64,000 nucleotides of DNA from Eledone cirrhosa (GCA_964016885.1 OZ024741.1:151342001-151406000); one strand, 5' to 3'. Positions 27,050-43,031 are shown, counted from the stretch's first letter. Notes: a model not told the origin generated them from the letters alone. A program made the numbers and translations.

Positions 27050-28700
27050 TTCTTCTGGTTTTATAATTTCACGAAGTTTTACCAATAGAGAGAGAGTCGG
27101 TTTCTAACATAGACACAAGACTCTCTCATTGGAATTTACACAACATCAACTAGGTAGATATGTATGTATGTCTACATGCATGCATGTGTAGATATGGATG
27201 TTATTGTATGTGTGGATGTGTATGTTTTGAGTTGTATGTGTGCATGTGTATATGCTTTGTATCTGTACATGTGTATATGCAGTTATTAGATGCAACATTT
27301 TTGGAATGTTTTACATAATTTTACTGTTCCATTAATGGATTGTACTTGTAATTTCCTAACTAGTTGTGTTCTTTCTGTTCCTGTGAAGCCTAGCTTCTCA
27401 AGATTTGTATTGAGGCAGTTACTAACATATCCCAGTGCCCCAATAATCACAGGCATAAATCTGAAGGTGTAATCAGGGTGGAGTATCTGCAGATTTCTCA
27501 TCAGTTCTGCATAAATATTCTCCTTTTCACTAATCTTTGATATTATATTGGCATCTGCTGGGCAGCTAATTTCCACTACTGTGCATGTTTTCTTCTCCCT
27601 ATCCCATATCATAATATCTGGTCTGTTATGCCTGCATTTTATTAGTGTTTTTACTGGAACATTCCACCATTACTCTTTCATATTATGTACATGGATGTCT
27701 TCCACATTGTTGTAGCTTTTAATGTGTTTATCATTGGGGCTATCTTTTTTACGAACTGCATTGTACAGTGTTTTGGCCACTACATCATGCCTCATAGGTA
27801 GATAGTACCGCGATGACATCTTTGGACAGCTGCTGATGACATGGGTGATATCCTCGATGTTAGTTCTGCAGAGTCTGCACTTGTTATCACATCTAGGTGT
27901 TTTGCCTGCATCCCTATCTCTTTTGTGAATCAGGTATTTCGTGCTAATCTCCTGTTCTTGGATTGCAAAAGCGTATCCTTCAAAGTGGGAGCCAATATAG
28001 CGGTTGTTGGTCCAAGATAGACTACTTTCCTTATCTATATTACTCTCACTCTGGAGCTTCCTGGCAACATATCCATGCATGATTTTTTGCTGATAGGCAT
28101 ACAGTTTTTCATCCATGGATTCACTGCGATACTGCTGAGCGACATCCCAGGGTGTGAGTTTTTGATTATCACACAGGGAATATCTCTCAAGGAGTTCCTT
28201 CCCAACTCTCATAATCTTATCTGTTTCATGCAGATAGACTTTCTCGAGAAGCGGGCTCCTACCCTTCGAAGTTCGTAGATCTTGTCGGAGAGATATGATG
28301 CGACATTCAAATGTTGTCTGGACTGATGTTAGGCCTCTGCCTCCCTGCCTACGTTTCAAGTAAAGGCGGTCTATGTCACTGTTGATGTGGAAGTTTCCGG
28401 TGTTGTTCAGTATTTTTCGAGTTCCAACATCAACTGCTCGGATTTCGTCTATCGCCAATTGAGTATTCCAAACGTTGGTGTTAGGACAGGCACAGCAAAC
28501 ATATTGTGAGCCAATGTTTTGTTTTGCGGAGAGAGTCCCGATGACCAGATCTTACTTAATCGGGTGTAGTATTCCCTGGTTACGCGTTCTTTATTACAGA
28601 TACCATTATAGGATATGTTCTCATCTATCCCCAGGTATCTGTAGCAGTCCTCATCAGATATCGGTGAAACAGTTAGACCATTGATGACAATGTTGCTAGA
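27050..28700 (-). mobile_element. R4/Dong-type LINE (RT thumb, CCHC knuckle, RLE) with probable 3' UTR at 27050-27150
   Basis: YRYLGI, RLYLKRRQGGRGL, CRLC..HVISSC, RHD, RPDI, VVEISCP, PVIIGALG. Confidence 0.92.
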
Positions 28701-28936
28701 TTGGGTTGTTGTTTTTGTGGTTGACACATCCACATGTTTTGAGTTGTATGTGTGCATGTGCATATGATTTTATGTATGCATGTATGTATGTATGTATGTT
28801 TGTATGCATGTACGTATCTATGTGTGTGCTAGATGTGTGTATGTGTGTAGAGTGTGTACCTATTTTTTTAAATACATAATAAGAACATAATTCAACTCTT
28901 CCACTCTCACTCTCAAACTCACTCTCTAGATACAAA

Positions 28937-29147
28937 CTAGGTGGTGCTGAAAAGATCCTGACTTGGAGCAAAATAAAATACAGGGAGATCAGTTAATTAT
29001 GGTTTTATTCAACATATTCCCCTCTCAGATTGGTACACTTATTGCAGCGTCCCTAGAATCTTTTTAAGCCCCCTAAAATGAATTTAGAAGGCTAGGTCTC
29101 CAGGCTGTGTCAGAAATCAAACCAGGAACTTTTCAGGACCCCTCGTA
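28937..29147. mobile_element. Mariner-type MITE
   Basis: Ends ggtggtgctgaaaagatcctg / caggaacttttcaggacccctcgTA. Confidence 0.7.
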
Positions 29148-29359
29148 TGTGGGTTTATACACTTACACAGATACACACACATAAATATGCATAAACAACA
29201 GTTGACTTAAGAAGCAGAGCCAAAATTTAAAATTTGAAATATGTGCTTCCCAACGTAAATGACAGAAATAATCTCGTCATTTTTCGATACCAGGGGCACT
29301 TTACCGGAATTTTTCACCGGCCATTTATAGTGATCGGCTATATTCTCATAGCCACTTGC

Positions 29360-29424
<65 letters not shown>

Positions 29425-29826
29425 CGTTGAAAAAGATAGAAGGCTAAACAATGCAAAATGGACTGTAAGATGAGGTAAGGAAAAGTAAAAGTAACCTGGT
29501 AATCTTTGTTTTGTTTTGTTGTTGTTGGTCTTCGTTTATCTGTCCAATATTTCGGGACCTAAAAGTGCCTCCATCAGGGTTTAAGGAAACTTCAGTGGAT
29601 GACGTTCCAATTTCCTCTCTTTGGGATAAAATTTTATTTTATCATGGAACGTTATCAACTAAAGGTTCCATAAACCCTGATGAAGGGACTTTTAGGTCCC
29701 CAAAAATTGGACAGATAAAAGAAGAAGAACAACAAAACAAACCAAAGATTATCAGGTAACCTTTACTTTTCGTTTCATCATCTTACAGTCCATTTTGCAT
29801 TGTTTCGTCTTCTGTCTCTTTCAACG
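29425..29826. mobile_element. Fold-back HHR mini-element
   Basis: ~180-bp arms; CC-CTGATGA-AGGGAC TTTTAG GTCCC-(G/C)AAAWATT-GG on both strands, each copy carrying different core mutations. Confidence 0.8.
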
Positions 29827-29912
29827 CTATATATTGTACATTATATAAATATATATATATATAGTAGCAGTAATGTACTGGGTAATTGCTGGCCTTGTGC
29901 CAAAAGTAGAAA

Positions 29913-30023
<111 letters not shown>

Positions 30024-31628
30024 TTAAGTGGTGACTGCCGATACACCATGCACGAATGGTTAAGCAGTTCATTTATGTGTGGAATCTTTGGAGAGATTTA
30101 CCATAGCGACAGGTTGAGTCATGAATTACAAATGAAATTGGATCGACGGAAACTCTTAGGATGCTCGTCGGATGTATGGTACATGTAATTCGAAGGGTCA
30201 ATCTTGTCACAGACTTGTTCTCTCAGATAGTTACGTGAAGAATTATGCTTTGATATGCTCAGCAACATACGTTTGATTCACTAAGCAGGTCGTTTCTTTG
30301 AAACCAACGGAGATCCATTTCATCATTGGAGTTATTTCAAGTTATAGCATTTGTACTTATTTTGAGTGTTTTAGCTTTGTGTGTTATGAATATATTCCAA
30401 ACATTAATGGCATTAATAAACTAAGTTGTTAAATGTCGACACGTAAGCACATTTTTTATTGACTTATCTTGTACTTTAGAACCATGTGTTTGTGATATTT
30501 TTAAAAATTGTTTTTGTATGATTATGACAAAAGTTTCTTTTTTCACATGTTACAGACAAAAGCATACACACACGTATACAAATAAGTATGTACGTACGTA
30601 CATATGTATGTATGTAGGTATGTATGTATATGTATTTCCCTCTTTCACTCCCTCTTTCTAAACACACACACACGCACACACATTTATGTGTGTGTGTGTG
30701 TGTGTATATACGATAATTGAGCTAAGAAGAATAATGAAAATTTAGAATTTGAAAAGTGTGCGTCCCATTGCAAATGATCATCATCACTATAAATAATAGT
30801 TGAGAAAATCTATCGTAAAAGGTGATGTGATGGGACATGTTATTTGGGGCCGAGGGAATGCATTTGATTCTACACCATTGACCAAAGTGGTCAGTTGAAC
30901 GATCGTAGTACACTGAATTAATAAGTACCTAAGTTTTATATATATATATACGTATACTCACACATACATCTATATATAAAATTGATGGCAATATCAGTAT
31001 ATAATAAATATGTCAATTTGCAGAATGTGAATATATATATATATATATATATACATATATGTGCGTGTGTGTGTATGCATAGGTTTTTATAGTGGGCGAA
31101 AAGACCGAAGAAACACAAAGGAAAACAAGACAGAATACAATAAACTACTTTAACGTTCAGAAGTGAAACTCACTCAATAGCATTTCAGAAGCCACTCTCC
31201 TTGTCAAGCTCGCTTGACAGAAATGAAATGCAGCGAACTGGTCATTTGCCCCCCCCCCCCCTTATAGAATATATAAAAAATAATAATAAGTGGATGTACT
31301 GAAGGTATTGTTCACCAATTACTATATACTATATATATGAGTAACAAAGGTGAATATAAATTAATGTAAAAATAAATTATATACAGCGACGCTAGAAACC
31401 ATAAGGAAGATGCTGACGTCAGATTAATGTTGGATATTGATTGTTTGTGTTACCAAACTTCTTTGCATTGCCAGCCTCATATTTTGCTGCATATATTTTT
31501 CATCACAGTACGTATTTATCACGTCAATTATCTATGTATGTATCACGTTAAACGCCGTCATAATACAATTTGGGCAAACTTGGTATTTCAGGTTTCCATG
31601 TTTGTGTATATATATATGTGTATGTTTT

Positions 31629-31711
<83 letters not shown>

Positions 31712-31753
31712 ATGTGTGTCTATGAGTGTGTGTGTGTGTGTATATGGATATTC

Positions 31754-32014
<261 letters not shown>

Positions 32015-32403
32015 TGCTTACTCCTGTTTTTACCAAAACAAACTTTTCCGAACACACACATATATATATATCCAAAATTCAAAATTTGCGTTCGTGTGCA
32101 TTTAGAGAGGATAATGTTACCAAATAACTATAGTCTCTTTCTTCCTCTCAGCTGATTAGAGATATCTTCTGATCACTTGCTATATTCAGAAAGCAAACAT
32201 ATGTATGTGTGTGTTTGTGTATGTATGCACATGTATGTATGTTTTTTTTTATGTATGTTTGCATGTACGTATGCGTATATGTGTGTTTGTATGCATGTAT
32301 GCATGTATGTATGTACGTATGTACATACGTATGTATGTTTATATGTATGTATGAATGTATACATGCTTGTGTCTATGTGTGTGCTTGTATGTGTGTATGT
32401 ATG

Positions 32404-32441
<38 letters not shown>

Positions 32442-32482
32442 AATGCATATATATGTATATATATATATGTATATATGTATAT

Positions 32483-32668
<186 letters not shown>

Positions 32669-32683
32669 GTATATATATATATA

Positions 32684-32812
32684 TTTATTAAAATAACAGA
32701 TTAAAGTTTAAGCAAAGAATCGCTGCTTTCACCCATAACAGGTTTCAGAAGATCCCTTTAAGTGTGAAAGCACCGATTCTTTACTTAAACTTTAATCTGT
32801 GTTTTTAAAAAT
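32684..32812. repeat. ~130-bp hairpin element in TA tract
   Basis: acagattaaagtttaagcaaagaatcg / cgattctttacttaaactttaatctgt; HHR core decayed or absent. Confidence 0.75.
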
Positions 32813-33124
32813 ATTTGCTCTACGGTTCTTATATATTTGATATATATTTATCCTTACCGAGCCCTCTTTAGATTTTAGTCTTAAAATGTATTATTATTAG
32901 TATATATATATATATATATTAGCATGGTGTTGTCTCTTTCTCTTTATTGTGCCGCATCTGCAAACTCCTCACACACACGCACACACATATATATGTGTAA
33001 ACATACAATTATACATATACACACACGTACGTACATAAATACATATATGTGTACATGCATACATATTCCTACTATTTATTGTTATTTCGTCTCGTGGTAA
33101 GGTAGGAACAAGAAGACAATCTTT

Positions 33125-33270
33125 CACAGTTGGTAACGTGAATAACATTTTCCATTAGCCAATAACGTGGTTAATATTTTCAGTCGTTGTTTTACAGTTT
33201 ACATTTAATGTCGTCTGATGACTTTCCTCTTTTGTGCAGCAGGTATTTGGTGAGGATTTCTTTTTCTCGG
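33125..33270 (-). pseudogene. R4/Dong zinc-knuckle fragment
   Basis: EILTKYLLHKR..DIKCKL..ENINHVI. Confidence 0.6.
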
Positions 33271-33772
33271 ATTGCATATAGGTATTTTTCAATGTAGGAC
33301 GTTAAGACATTCTCGGAATTAGGTACCAGACTTTTAGCGTAGTTCATCTCCTCTATTGTCTATGTGAGAGTGTGTGTGTATGAGTGTGTGTTTGTCAAGG
33401 TGAATATGTGTGTGTATGATTCTGTTTGTGTGTACGCGAACATGTGTGGTCTTGAAGTTTATATATCATCTATAGACAATTGACCTGAAATTACTATATA
33501 TATATATATATGCGTTCAATCGTAAAATGAAATTTCGGACCGCCTAATTCTTTAAATAAATTTATTTCCTGTTTGATAAATTTTGCAATCTACTCTATTC
33601 TGAAGAGTTATCTAATTCTTTAGTTAAATTTTGCGTTGTTGATTTTTCTTTGTTCTCTCGGGCAAACACAGACTTATATAAATGGCAGTTTGGTTAGTTT
33701 TGGGTTCTGTCCTACTGCATGGTGTATTGCGCACATGTCTATTGGGAAAATAAATGCCTTGTGAATATACAA

Positions 33773-33789
<17 letters not shown>

Positions 33790-33812
<23 letters not shown>

Positions 33813-34045
33813 ACAGGGAGAAAGAGACGATTATTAGGAAGAAAAATATTTTTTTTTCCTTTTTTATTTCTCTCTCTCTTTTTTCTGGGTTAGAAAATGA
33901 TTAAAACGAAATGTTTTACTTTGTGTGAAGTGTTAAGGTATTAGTTGATTCATTTATTATTTAACAATAACAATTATTTATCTATTTATATATTTAATAA
34001 TTGTCTATTACCGGTTTCAGCATTTTTATGCATTATCAAATGATA
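33790..34045 (-). mobile_element. PLE pLTR 3' end with TTGATAA-core HHR (inverted homologue at 52240-52470)
   Basis: Minus strand: AT-TTGATAA-TGCAT AAAA ATGCT-GAAAC CG GTA-AT. Confidence 0.65.
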
Positions 34046-34084
34046 GTGATATGTATTAATGTGGTGTCGCACATGTTAAAAAAA

Positions 34085-34115
<31 letters not shown>

Positions 34116-34409
34116 AACATATATATATGTATCTATATTTTGAATTTTTGTTAAGTTTTAATATGATATTGTAACGAACTATGTATTCTTACAATCTATA
34201 GAGATTATATCTTGTTAAAGTTTGATATGTCCTATTATACATTTATATCATTAGATATTATGCGTGTATGAATGACATTCACTATTTTGTAATGTTAAAA
34301 TGCTCGAATTTATTCTTTGAATTTTTCATTTGAGCTTATTTTGGGGGACAAACATGTTCGAGATTATCTCAAACATGACATCTATAACTTTGAATGTAAT
34401 ATATATATA

Positions 34410-36760
34410 GTGAAAACTGGGACGGGAACAAAAACAGAGAGGCAGTACAAATAAAGGTTTATTAGTTTCACGCTCTTGAGAGTGGGGAGGGGGGCGTTTC
34501 GGGCATAGGCCCTTCTTCAGGAGAAAAGTGGGTGGGAAAAGAGTTCCGAGGGTGTGTGGGTGAGTGGTGGAGAGACATTTAGAAAGGGGGGGGGGGTAGA
34601 AAAGGGAGGAAAAACGGTGGAAGTGGTGCAAATAAAAATAAAAATAAACATAAAGATAAACAAGTGGTGGAAGGATGTGGGGCGTGTAGGGGTGGTGGTT
34701 GGTGGAGTAGGGAGAAGGAGGTGGGGGTCCGAGCGGGGAAGGTTGAAGGTGGTGTTTGTGTATGTGTGTAGGTGTACGTGTGTGTGTGTGTATGTGAGAG
34801 TTGGGAGAAGAACGAGGTTCCATGTTCAGGAAAAGGTGTGTGGGGGTGGGGTGTAGGTTGATGTGTGCGTGCGTGTGGATGGGGAGGGGTCGGGGGGGAT
34901 TCCGGAGACTGAGTGTCTTGGTGTTTATACGTGGTGTGGATGTAGGTGGCGTGGTTCGAAAAAAAATTGTGAGTGTATGTCCGAGGGTAAGTAACTAAGG
35001 TAGTTCCGTGGAGTGTGCGATGAGCTGGTGGATATTTTTCATGTTATGGAGTGGATAGCTGGAACGATGACCGGTGGTGTGTAATCCGTTGGTTGTGGTG
35101 GTCGGAAGTGGGGAGATGTGGGGTGCGCGCGCAACAGGAAGTGGTCAGAGGGTGAAGGCATAGCAGTAGAGGAGAATGACAGGTGGAGAAAGTCAGTGTG
35201 TGGTGAGGATTGTGTCTGTGTGTGCGGAGTTGCGGTGGTCAGGGGAGAAGATGGCTAGGTGTGAAAGGTGGAGTAGGCAGGGACACATGTGAGGGGATGG
35301 GGTGTGTATTAGTAGAAGTGTTAGTGGGATGTGTGTGTGTGTGAAAGGGTGTGGGTGGAGGGGGAGGGGAGGTGATGTTAGTATTGTTAGTTGAGGGAAG
35401 GTGGCCGGGGTGGGGTGGTTGTTAGTATTGTTAGTTGTGGGCTGGGCCAAGGGGGTGGGCAGTGAAAGGGAGGAGTGTGTTAGTGGGGGATATGTTCGTA
35501 TGTGGGTGTGTCGGGGGGGGGGGGGGGGGGGTAAACAGGGCTGTCGAAGGCTAAAGGAATAAGGGTGAGGGGTTCAGGCCGCGGGGTGTGTGGGTCTGTA
35601 GGGTGAAGATGGTGCGTTGTTCGACCGTGAGGCGGCTGGCTGTTGTTCCGTGGCATTGGAGTAGGCCACAGACTGTGAGATGGTGGGCGGAATGTCCAGG
35701 GGAGCCAAAGTGGCGGGCGATGGGGAACTACCGCCGAGACGAATATCCCGGAGGTATTCAGTGAAACGGTCCGCGAAGTGACGTCCAGTCTGTCCGAGAT
35801 AGATTGCGCTGCACTCAGTGCAGCGAATTCCATAGACTAGGTTGGAGGAGGTGCAGTGGAAGGCGTGCCGGACAGAGAGAGAGAGTGGCCGTTGGGACCC
35901 TGGAAGGTGGTGATGTTGGTGATGTGGGGGCAGGTGTGGCAACGAGGCTTGGAGCTGGGAAGGGAACCGGGGTGGGGGGGAAAGAGCGTTGGTTGGGGTA
36001 TTGGGGGTAGGGAGCTACGGACGAGGAGGGTGCGGAGATTGTATGCGCGTTTGAAGGAGGGGAGGGGTTGGGATGGGAAGATGTTGGAGGTGGAGGGGTC
36101 AGACTGGAGGCGTCGCAAGAGGCGGAAGATGGTGCGGTGGAGGGTTGGTAGGTGATGACGAATGGGAGACGGTGGGTGGGTGTGAGGTGGCATGGGGTGA
36201 GGCTGGTGGAGCGGTGAACAGCACGGGCGCGAGTGAGGGCGGTTTTGACGGGGGGTAACCTCTCCGGATAAAATGGCTGACTAGGAAAGGGGCCTGGGAC
36301 TCAAAGTCAGCATCTCTGCTGCAGAGGCGGCTGGAGGAGTTGGGAGCAGGGAATAGAGTGTTTTGTGTGTGAAGGGTGAGAGGAGGTGAAGTCGAGGTAG
36401 GTGTGGGAGTCGGTGGCTTTGAAGGAGGCGGAGGTGACGAGGGAGCGGTGGGAGGGGTCGATGGCGACGGAGATGTCTAAGAACTGGACGTAGGTGGTGG
36501 AGATAGAGGTCATGAAGTGGAGGGACGGGTGGAAGGAGCAGAAGAGGGAGAGAAAGGAGTCGAGCACTTCTCCGGTGAGGGTCGTGGGGCCGGTGTACTA
36601 GGCAAAGATTTGAGCCCCAACATGGTTAACGAAAAGGTTGGCATAGTTTGGGCCCATTCTTATGCCCATGGCTACCCCCGTGACCTGTCGGTAAAACTCA
36701 CCCGAGAAGGAGAAGCATTTGAGGTTGAGGACTTGCTCGGCGAGGCGAAGAAGGGTGGGG

Positions 36761-36763
<3 letters not shown>
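34410..36763 (-). mobile_element. Penelope-like element (Poseidon-like): frameshifted RT + GIY-YIG, 3' UTR and HHR-like pLTR
   Basis: FYRQVTGVAMGIRMGPNYANLF, FLDISV, KATDSHTYLDFTSSHP, CHTCPH, VYGIRCTECSAIYLGQTGR..RFTE; CTGAAGA-AGGGC CTAT GCCC-GAAACG at 34491-34524. Confidence 0.92.
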
Positions 36764-36846
<83 letters not shown>

Positions 36847-36984
36847 CGTGTGTGTGTATTTCAACATATATATATATCACCTTAACCGAGCAGTTTGTCG
36901 CGCGCCAATCGGCGCCGCTGGTCACAGCACGTCGTGCTGTTGTAGCCATAAGATAACGCCATCCCACTGGCTGGGCGCGCAGGC

Positions 36985-37118
36985 TGGTAGTCATTTCTAC
37001 AGCTGAGTAAACTGGAACAACGTGAAATAAAGCGTCTTGCTCAAGGAAACAACAGAGAAATGAACTCACAACCTTTCGATTGCAAGCCCATGGTCTAACC
37101 ACTAGGACATGCGCCTTC
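36985..37118 (-). mobile_element. CORE-like tRNA SINE
   Basis: Minus strand: tagtggttagacc..gtgagttc..ttccttgagcaagacg. Confidence 0.7.
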
Positions 37119-37136
37119 ACACACACACACACACAT

Positions 37137-37176
<40 letters not shown>

Positions 37177-37190
37177 ACACACACACACAC

Positions 37191-37221
<31 letters not shown>

Positions 37222-37234
37222 CATATATATATAC

Positions 37235-37266
<32 letters not shown>

Positions 37267-37271
37267 GTATA

Positions 37272-37336
<65 letters not shown>

Positions 37337-37344
37337 ACATATAT

Positions 37345-38525
37345 ATAACAAAAGGAATTGTGGTAAAGAACCAAATGGACCATATCGCACCAGAGTACTC
37401 AATACTTAGGGTAGTAGAGTGGGAAATAGGAAAAAGTATGACCCCGACGGCAGAGCTCAAGCCGTTTCGACGGCTATTTCTGGACTAAATTAGAATTTTT
37501 ACCCTGGTGAATAAATAGCCGAACTTTTCAAGGGGGTACTTCCTTATATGGGAAGATTGTAGTTGTCAAGAGGATTGGTTAAAATTTATTGTAAACACAA
37601 ATAAGTCTATCATGGCGTTTGGTGGGAAGTAGAGGTGGCTGAACTTGCCTGTAGAACAATAGGGGAGTGAGTGGAGCGGTCAAGCGTTGAAAGTGATATG
37701 TATACAGCAGATTCTAAGGATAGTGTATGAAGTGGAGGAGGGAGGTTATAGAATAGGTAAATCGAATGAGAGTAGGAGACAATAAAAGATAATAGAAAGA
37801 AATAAAAAAAATATATATAAAATTAGATAGTGAGAAATGAATAAAGAAATCACAATGCTATCTTACAATTACAGGTTAATAAGTTGAGAATAGAAAAAAC
37901 TGATAGAAATTACAAAACCGATACAAACTTAAAAGGGTTTTTAACACATCTGCTATAAGTAGTTAGTAAAACGTATTCGGCCGATTCTTTCTTAAAATAA
38001 CAGGGGTGGGGGAACTGATGAAAGGGGAAAGCAGACGAGAAAGAAAATAGGGGGTGGAAGGAAATGATAGGATGAGACAGGGGGAAGAAGGAGACAAAGA
38101 GGAAAAGAAAAGAGATACATTTACCTATGTAAGTTGGGGTTTCCCCAAACTTATTCGGCAAGTGTGTATGTGGGGGGGGGGGTATCAGCCCTTGTCTACC
38201 CACCCGGGTCGTTATAGGGTTTGAGGGCGAGGTAAGTCCTACGCAATCTGTGTTTGCATGCGGTTACCAGTTCATCTTTCTTGTTTAGGAGTTGGTCCTT
38301 CGAAAACAGCATTTGTAATGTTTCCTCCGAGCATAAGTTACACGGACGGCGTCCTCCCGTGTAAGAGTTAGCTCTGTACAGTAAGCTCCAAGTGAGATTG
38401 TAGGTTATATTGTTATCTTGGAGGTCCCAGATGTGGCCCAAAAGTGTAGTGGCATGTCGCCGGACCGGGTTTCGGAAAGTGTGTCGGTGTTGGTAGAGCC
38501 GGGTCTTGAAGTCTTGAAGTCTTGA
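37345..38525 (-). mobile_element. PLE (Naiad-like) GIY-YIG C-terminus, 3' UTR and HHR pLTR
   Basis: FKTRLYQHRHTF..HIWDL..CNLCSEE..LLNKKDELVTACKH; the 3' end runs into a TA/TG tract. Confidence 0.85.
37441..37537 (-). ncRNA. Type I HHR, U3-A8 variant, long stem II
   Basis: CCCC-TTGAAAA-GTTCGGCTATTT...AAATAGCCGTC-GAAACGGC TTGAGCTCT GCCGTC-GGGG. Confidence 0.75.
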
Positions 38526-38712
38526 AGTCACATATAGATACCTGATAAAAATCATATATATCTCTCTCATATGTATCCTTCACAAATCATGAATAAATTT
38601 TACCAAATATCGGTGCAGTTATATAATCGATCTGGATCTTCAGTGAGGGAAACCGATCTATCAAAACTTACACCAGTTAACATTAGAACCTAAGACGATG
38701 AGAGAAGCACAT

Positions 38713-38790
<78 letters not shown>

Positions 38791-38824
38791 AGTGTGTATT
38801 TATACACACACACACACACACACA

Positions 38825-38890
<66 letters not shown>

Positions 38891-38983
38891 GGAGTTTTTG
38901 TGCGTTCAAGTATGTGTTTAAGGTTACTGTTTCCTAAAATCGACTAACATCCCTTGAATGCAGTGCAGCAGGAAAGTAAAAGA

Positions 38984-39014
<31 letters not shown>

Positions 39015-39607
39015 TGTATGTATGTATGTATGTATGTATGTATGTATGTATGTATGTATGCATGCATGTATGAGCATATATGAATAAATGTATGCAATGT
39101 TTACTATCCTTCATTATTTTTCTTGGCTTGCCTATCTATCTAACTACGGAAGCATTTGTTAATATGACAGTCTCTCTAGCTTACAGCTGAGAGCTCTACT
39201 TAGTGAAGTCAACCATACTTACTAATGGGAATTGTACTTAATGGTGTGTTGTATTTGTGATAAACTGATTGAGTTTCACTGTACTTACATCGCTCAAGTG
39301 TAATAACTGGGTTGAGCTCTATTTACTAACAGACTCCAAAATACACGCTCAAATTTACTTGCTGAGGTGAATATACGTACTGAAGTTTGCTCTAACTCTT
39401 CAGGCGAATTATACGTATTGGTGTGTTCTATTTACTGAGAAGAGATAGAAATACTTAATGGATCTGTTCGTACTGAAATATCTTGCACTCTCTGAGTTGT
39501 GCTGTATTTACTGAGATAAAGTCTAATTTGTGAGTTGATCTGTACTTACGGCCGTCAGCATCTGTTATTGCTCTATATGTGTATGTATATACACGCACAC
39601 ACACACA

Positions 39608-39645
<38 letters not shown>

Positions 39646-40612
39646 GTGTGTGTGTGTGTTTGTTTATATGTAAATATATATATGTGTGTCAGCGCTACAG
39701 GTAACATATAACCTAGTTCAACCCGTGCATGATCCGGTCGTTGACGACTAAAATGACAATTTCACCAAGCTTGCTTTGTGAGGAGGGTGAGTTTGGACAC
39801 CCTGCGGGATGAAAAGCAAAACGCGTCGAAGAACGGAGGAACTCAGGATAGTCAACGGCTATTCAATATTTTTTTTTGTTTTTTTTTGTGAGTCGAAACA
39901 CTCCTAATCTTCATTAAGACATCCCTCTCGGAGAAAGTTACGCTGATATAAAACATGTGACTTTTTTGCATCCAATGATGTAAACCAGTTCTTTTTTTCA
40001 AATGCATTCGATGTTTAGAGAGTGGAACTAGCCCCATGCAAAACCTTTCCTAACTTAAAAAAAGCTTCAAGCACAGGTATTGCTTGATAAGAGACATTTT
40101 TTGCGGTGCATGGTATTGCTAGACTAAAAATCCATGTCCATGATGCATGGTATTGCAGGACTAAAAAGCCATGTCCATGATGTTCATGCTTAAGTATCAA
40201 GCGATGTCGTTAATCGAAATCGAGTTGCAGCCATCATATATTTAACGGTTTATTGAAATTTAAAACTTTGAGATTTCTTTAAAGGATTAGCATCAATGAC
40301 CATCCTTCCGATTGAATTTGAGATGGGCACGTCATAATTCAAAGAATACCGAATAATCCTTGTATCAAATATAGTACTTGTAGGTGTTTTAACCCTAGTA
40401 GTTTGAGTGTGTAATGTGATGTCATTTACTGTGCGAAATTGTATCAGCTGGTTCCAAGTCCTCGCTGAACGGCTTTTATTTCAGAGATTTCCTTCTCCTA
40501 CATAGATTGTCTTCAATATAATACGTTAGTCGTATGTATGTGTATATGTATGTATGCATGTATGTATGTATGTATGTATGTATGTATGTATGTATGTATG
40601 TATGTATGTATG

Positions 40613-41672
<1,060 letters not shown>

Positions 41673-41832
41673 ATGTATGTATGTATATATGTAGGTATGT
41701 ATGTATGTGCAACCCCACCAAGGTTTCTTGGTGAGGAGGGTGACTTTGGACATCCTGCAGGACTAAAAACAAAACCTGTCAAAGGGAAAAGGAGCTCTTA
41801 AGAGTCAATGGCCATCCAAAATCACCGGGTAA

Positions 41833-42544
41833 GATGACCCCTTAGCCTTTGTCGAGGCAGAATTCTACGAGAAGGAAAACTCTGATATAGCACCTGCAAC
41901 CCTGATGGTATCCAATGATGTTGACTTGTTCTTCTTTTTGGTAACTATCATCTTGGTTAAGAGAGTGGGACTGGCTTTGTGCAGTGCCATTGCTCACTAT
42001 AAAAGCTTCACGGCACAGGCATTGCTTTATATCTGGAGATCTCTCTACACTTGTCGTCACATGGTACCACAGGGCCAGCACTATGTGTCAGTAATTGTCA
42101 CAAGTGTAGTGTTTGTACCAGAGTTTTCAAGTCGCTGGCTGGACTAAAAAGTCACACTCGTTCAGCGCATCGGTAGGGGTTCTCCTACATGGATATAAAG
42201 TAGTGGCCATACTCGAAAACGAGTTGGCAGCCACCATATGTATATATATATGTATATGTATGTATGTATATGTATATATATGTAAATATGTATGTATGTG
42301 TATGTATGTGTATGTATATGTGTGTGTATATGTATATATATATATATATATATGTGTGTGTATGTATATGTATGTGTATGTGTGTATGTATATATATATG
42401 TATATGTAAATGTGTATATATATGTATATGTATATGTATGTATATGTATATATATGTGTATGTATATATATGTATACATATGTATGTGTATATATATATG
42501 TATGTATATGTATATATATGTATATATGTATATATGTGTATTTG

Positions 42545-42575
<31 letters not shown>

Positions 42576-42868
42576 TAAAATAACAGATTAACTATATATA
42601 TGTATATGTGTATATATGTATATATATATGTATATGTACATGTATATATGTATATATGTATATGTATGTATATGTATATATATATGTATATGTATATATA
42701 TATATATTTATATGTATATGTGTATATATATGTATATGTATATGTATGTGTATATGTATATATATGTATGTATATGTATATGTATATATATATGTGTATA
42801 TGTATATATATATATGTGTGTGTATGTATATATATGTGTATATGTATGTGTATATATGTGTGTGTATG

Positions 42869-42941
<73 letters not shown>

Positions 42942-42990
42942 TTATATATATATATGTATATGTATATATATATGTATATATGTATATATA

Positions 42991-43031
<41 letters not shown>

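Noticed and set aside
31165-31215. Minus-strand TTGACAA...GAAATGCTATT hammerhead
   Set aside because: Stem I does not pair and stem II is weak; at most a decayed copy
38585-38650. Minus-strand CTGAAGA HHR
   Set aside because: GAAA and stem III are not intact
40107-40182. 37-bp tandem duplication
   Set aside because: Two copies only; ordinary slippage
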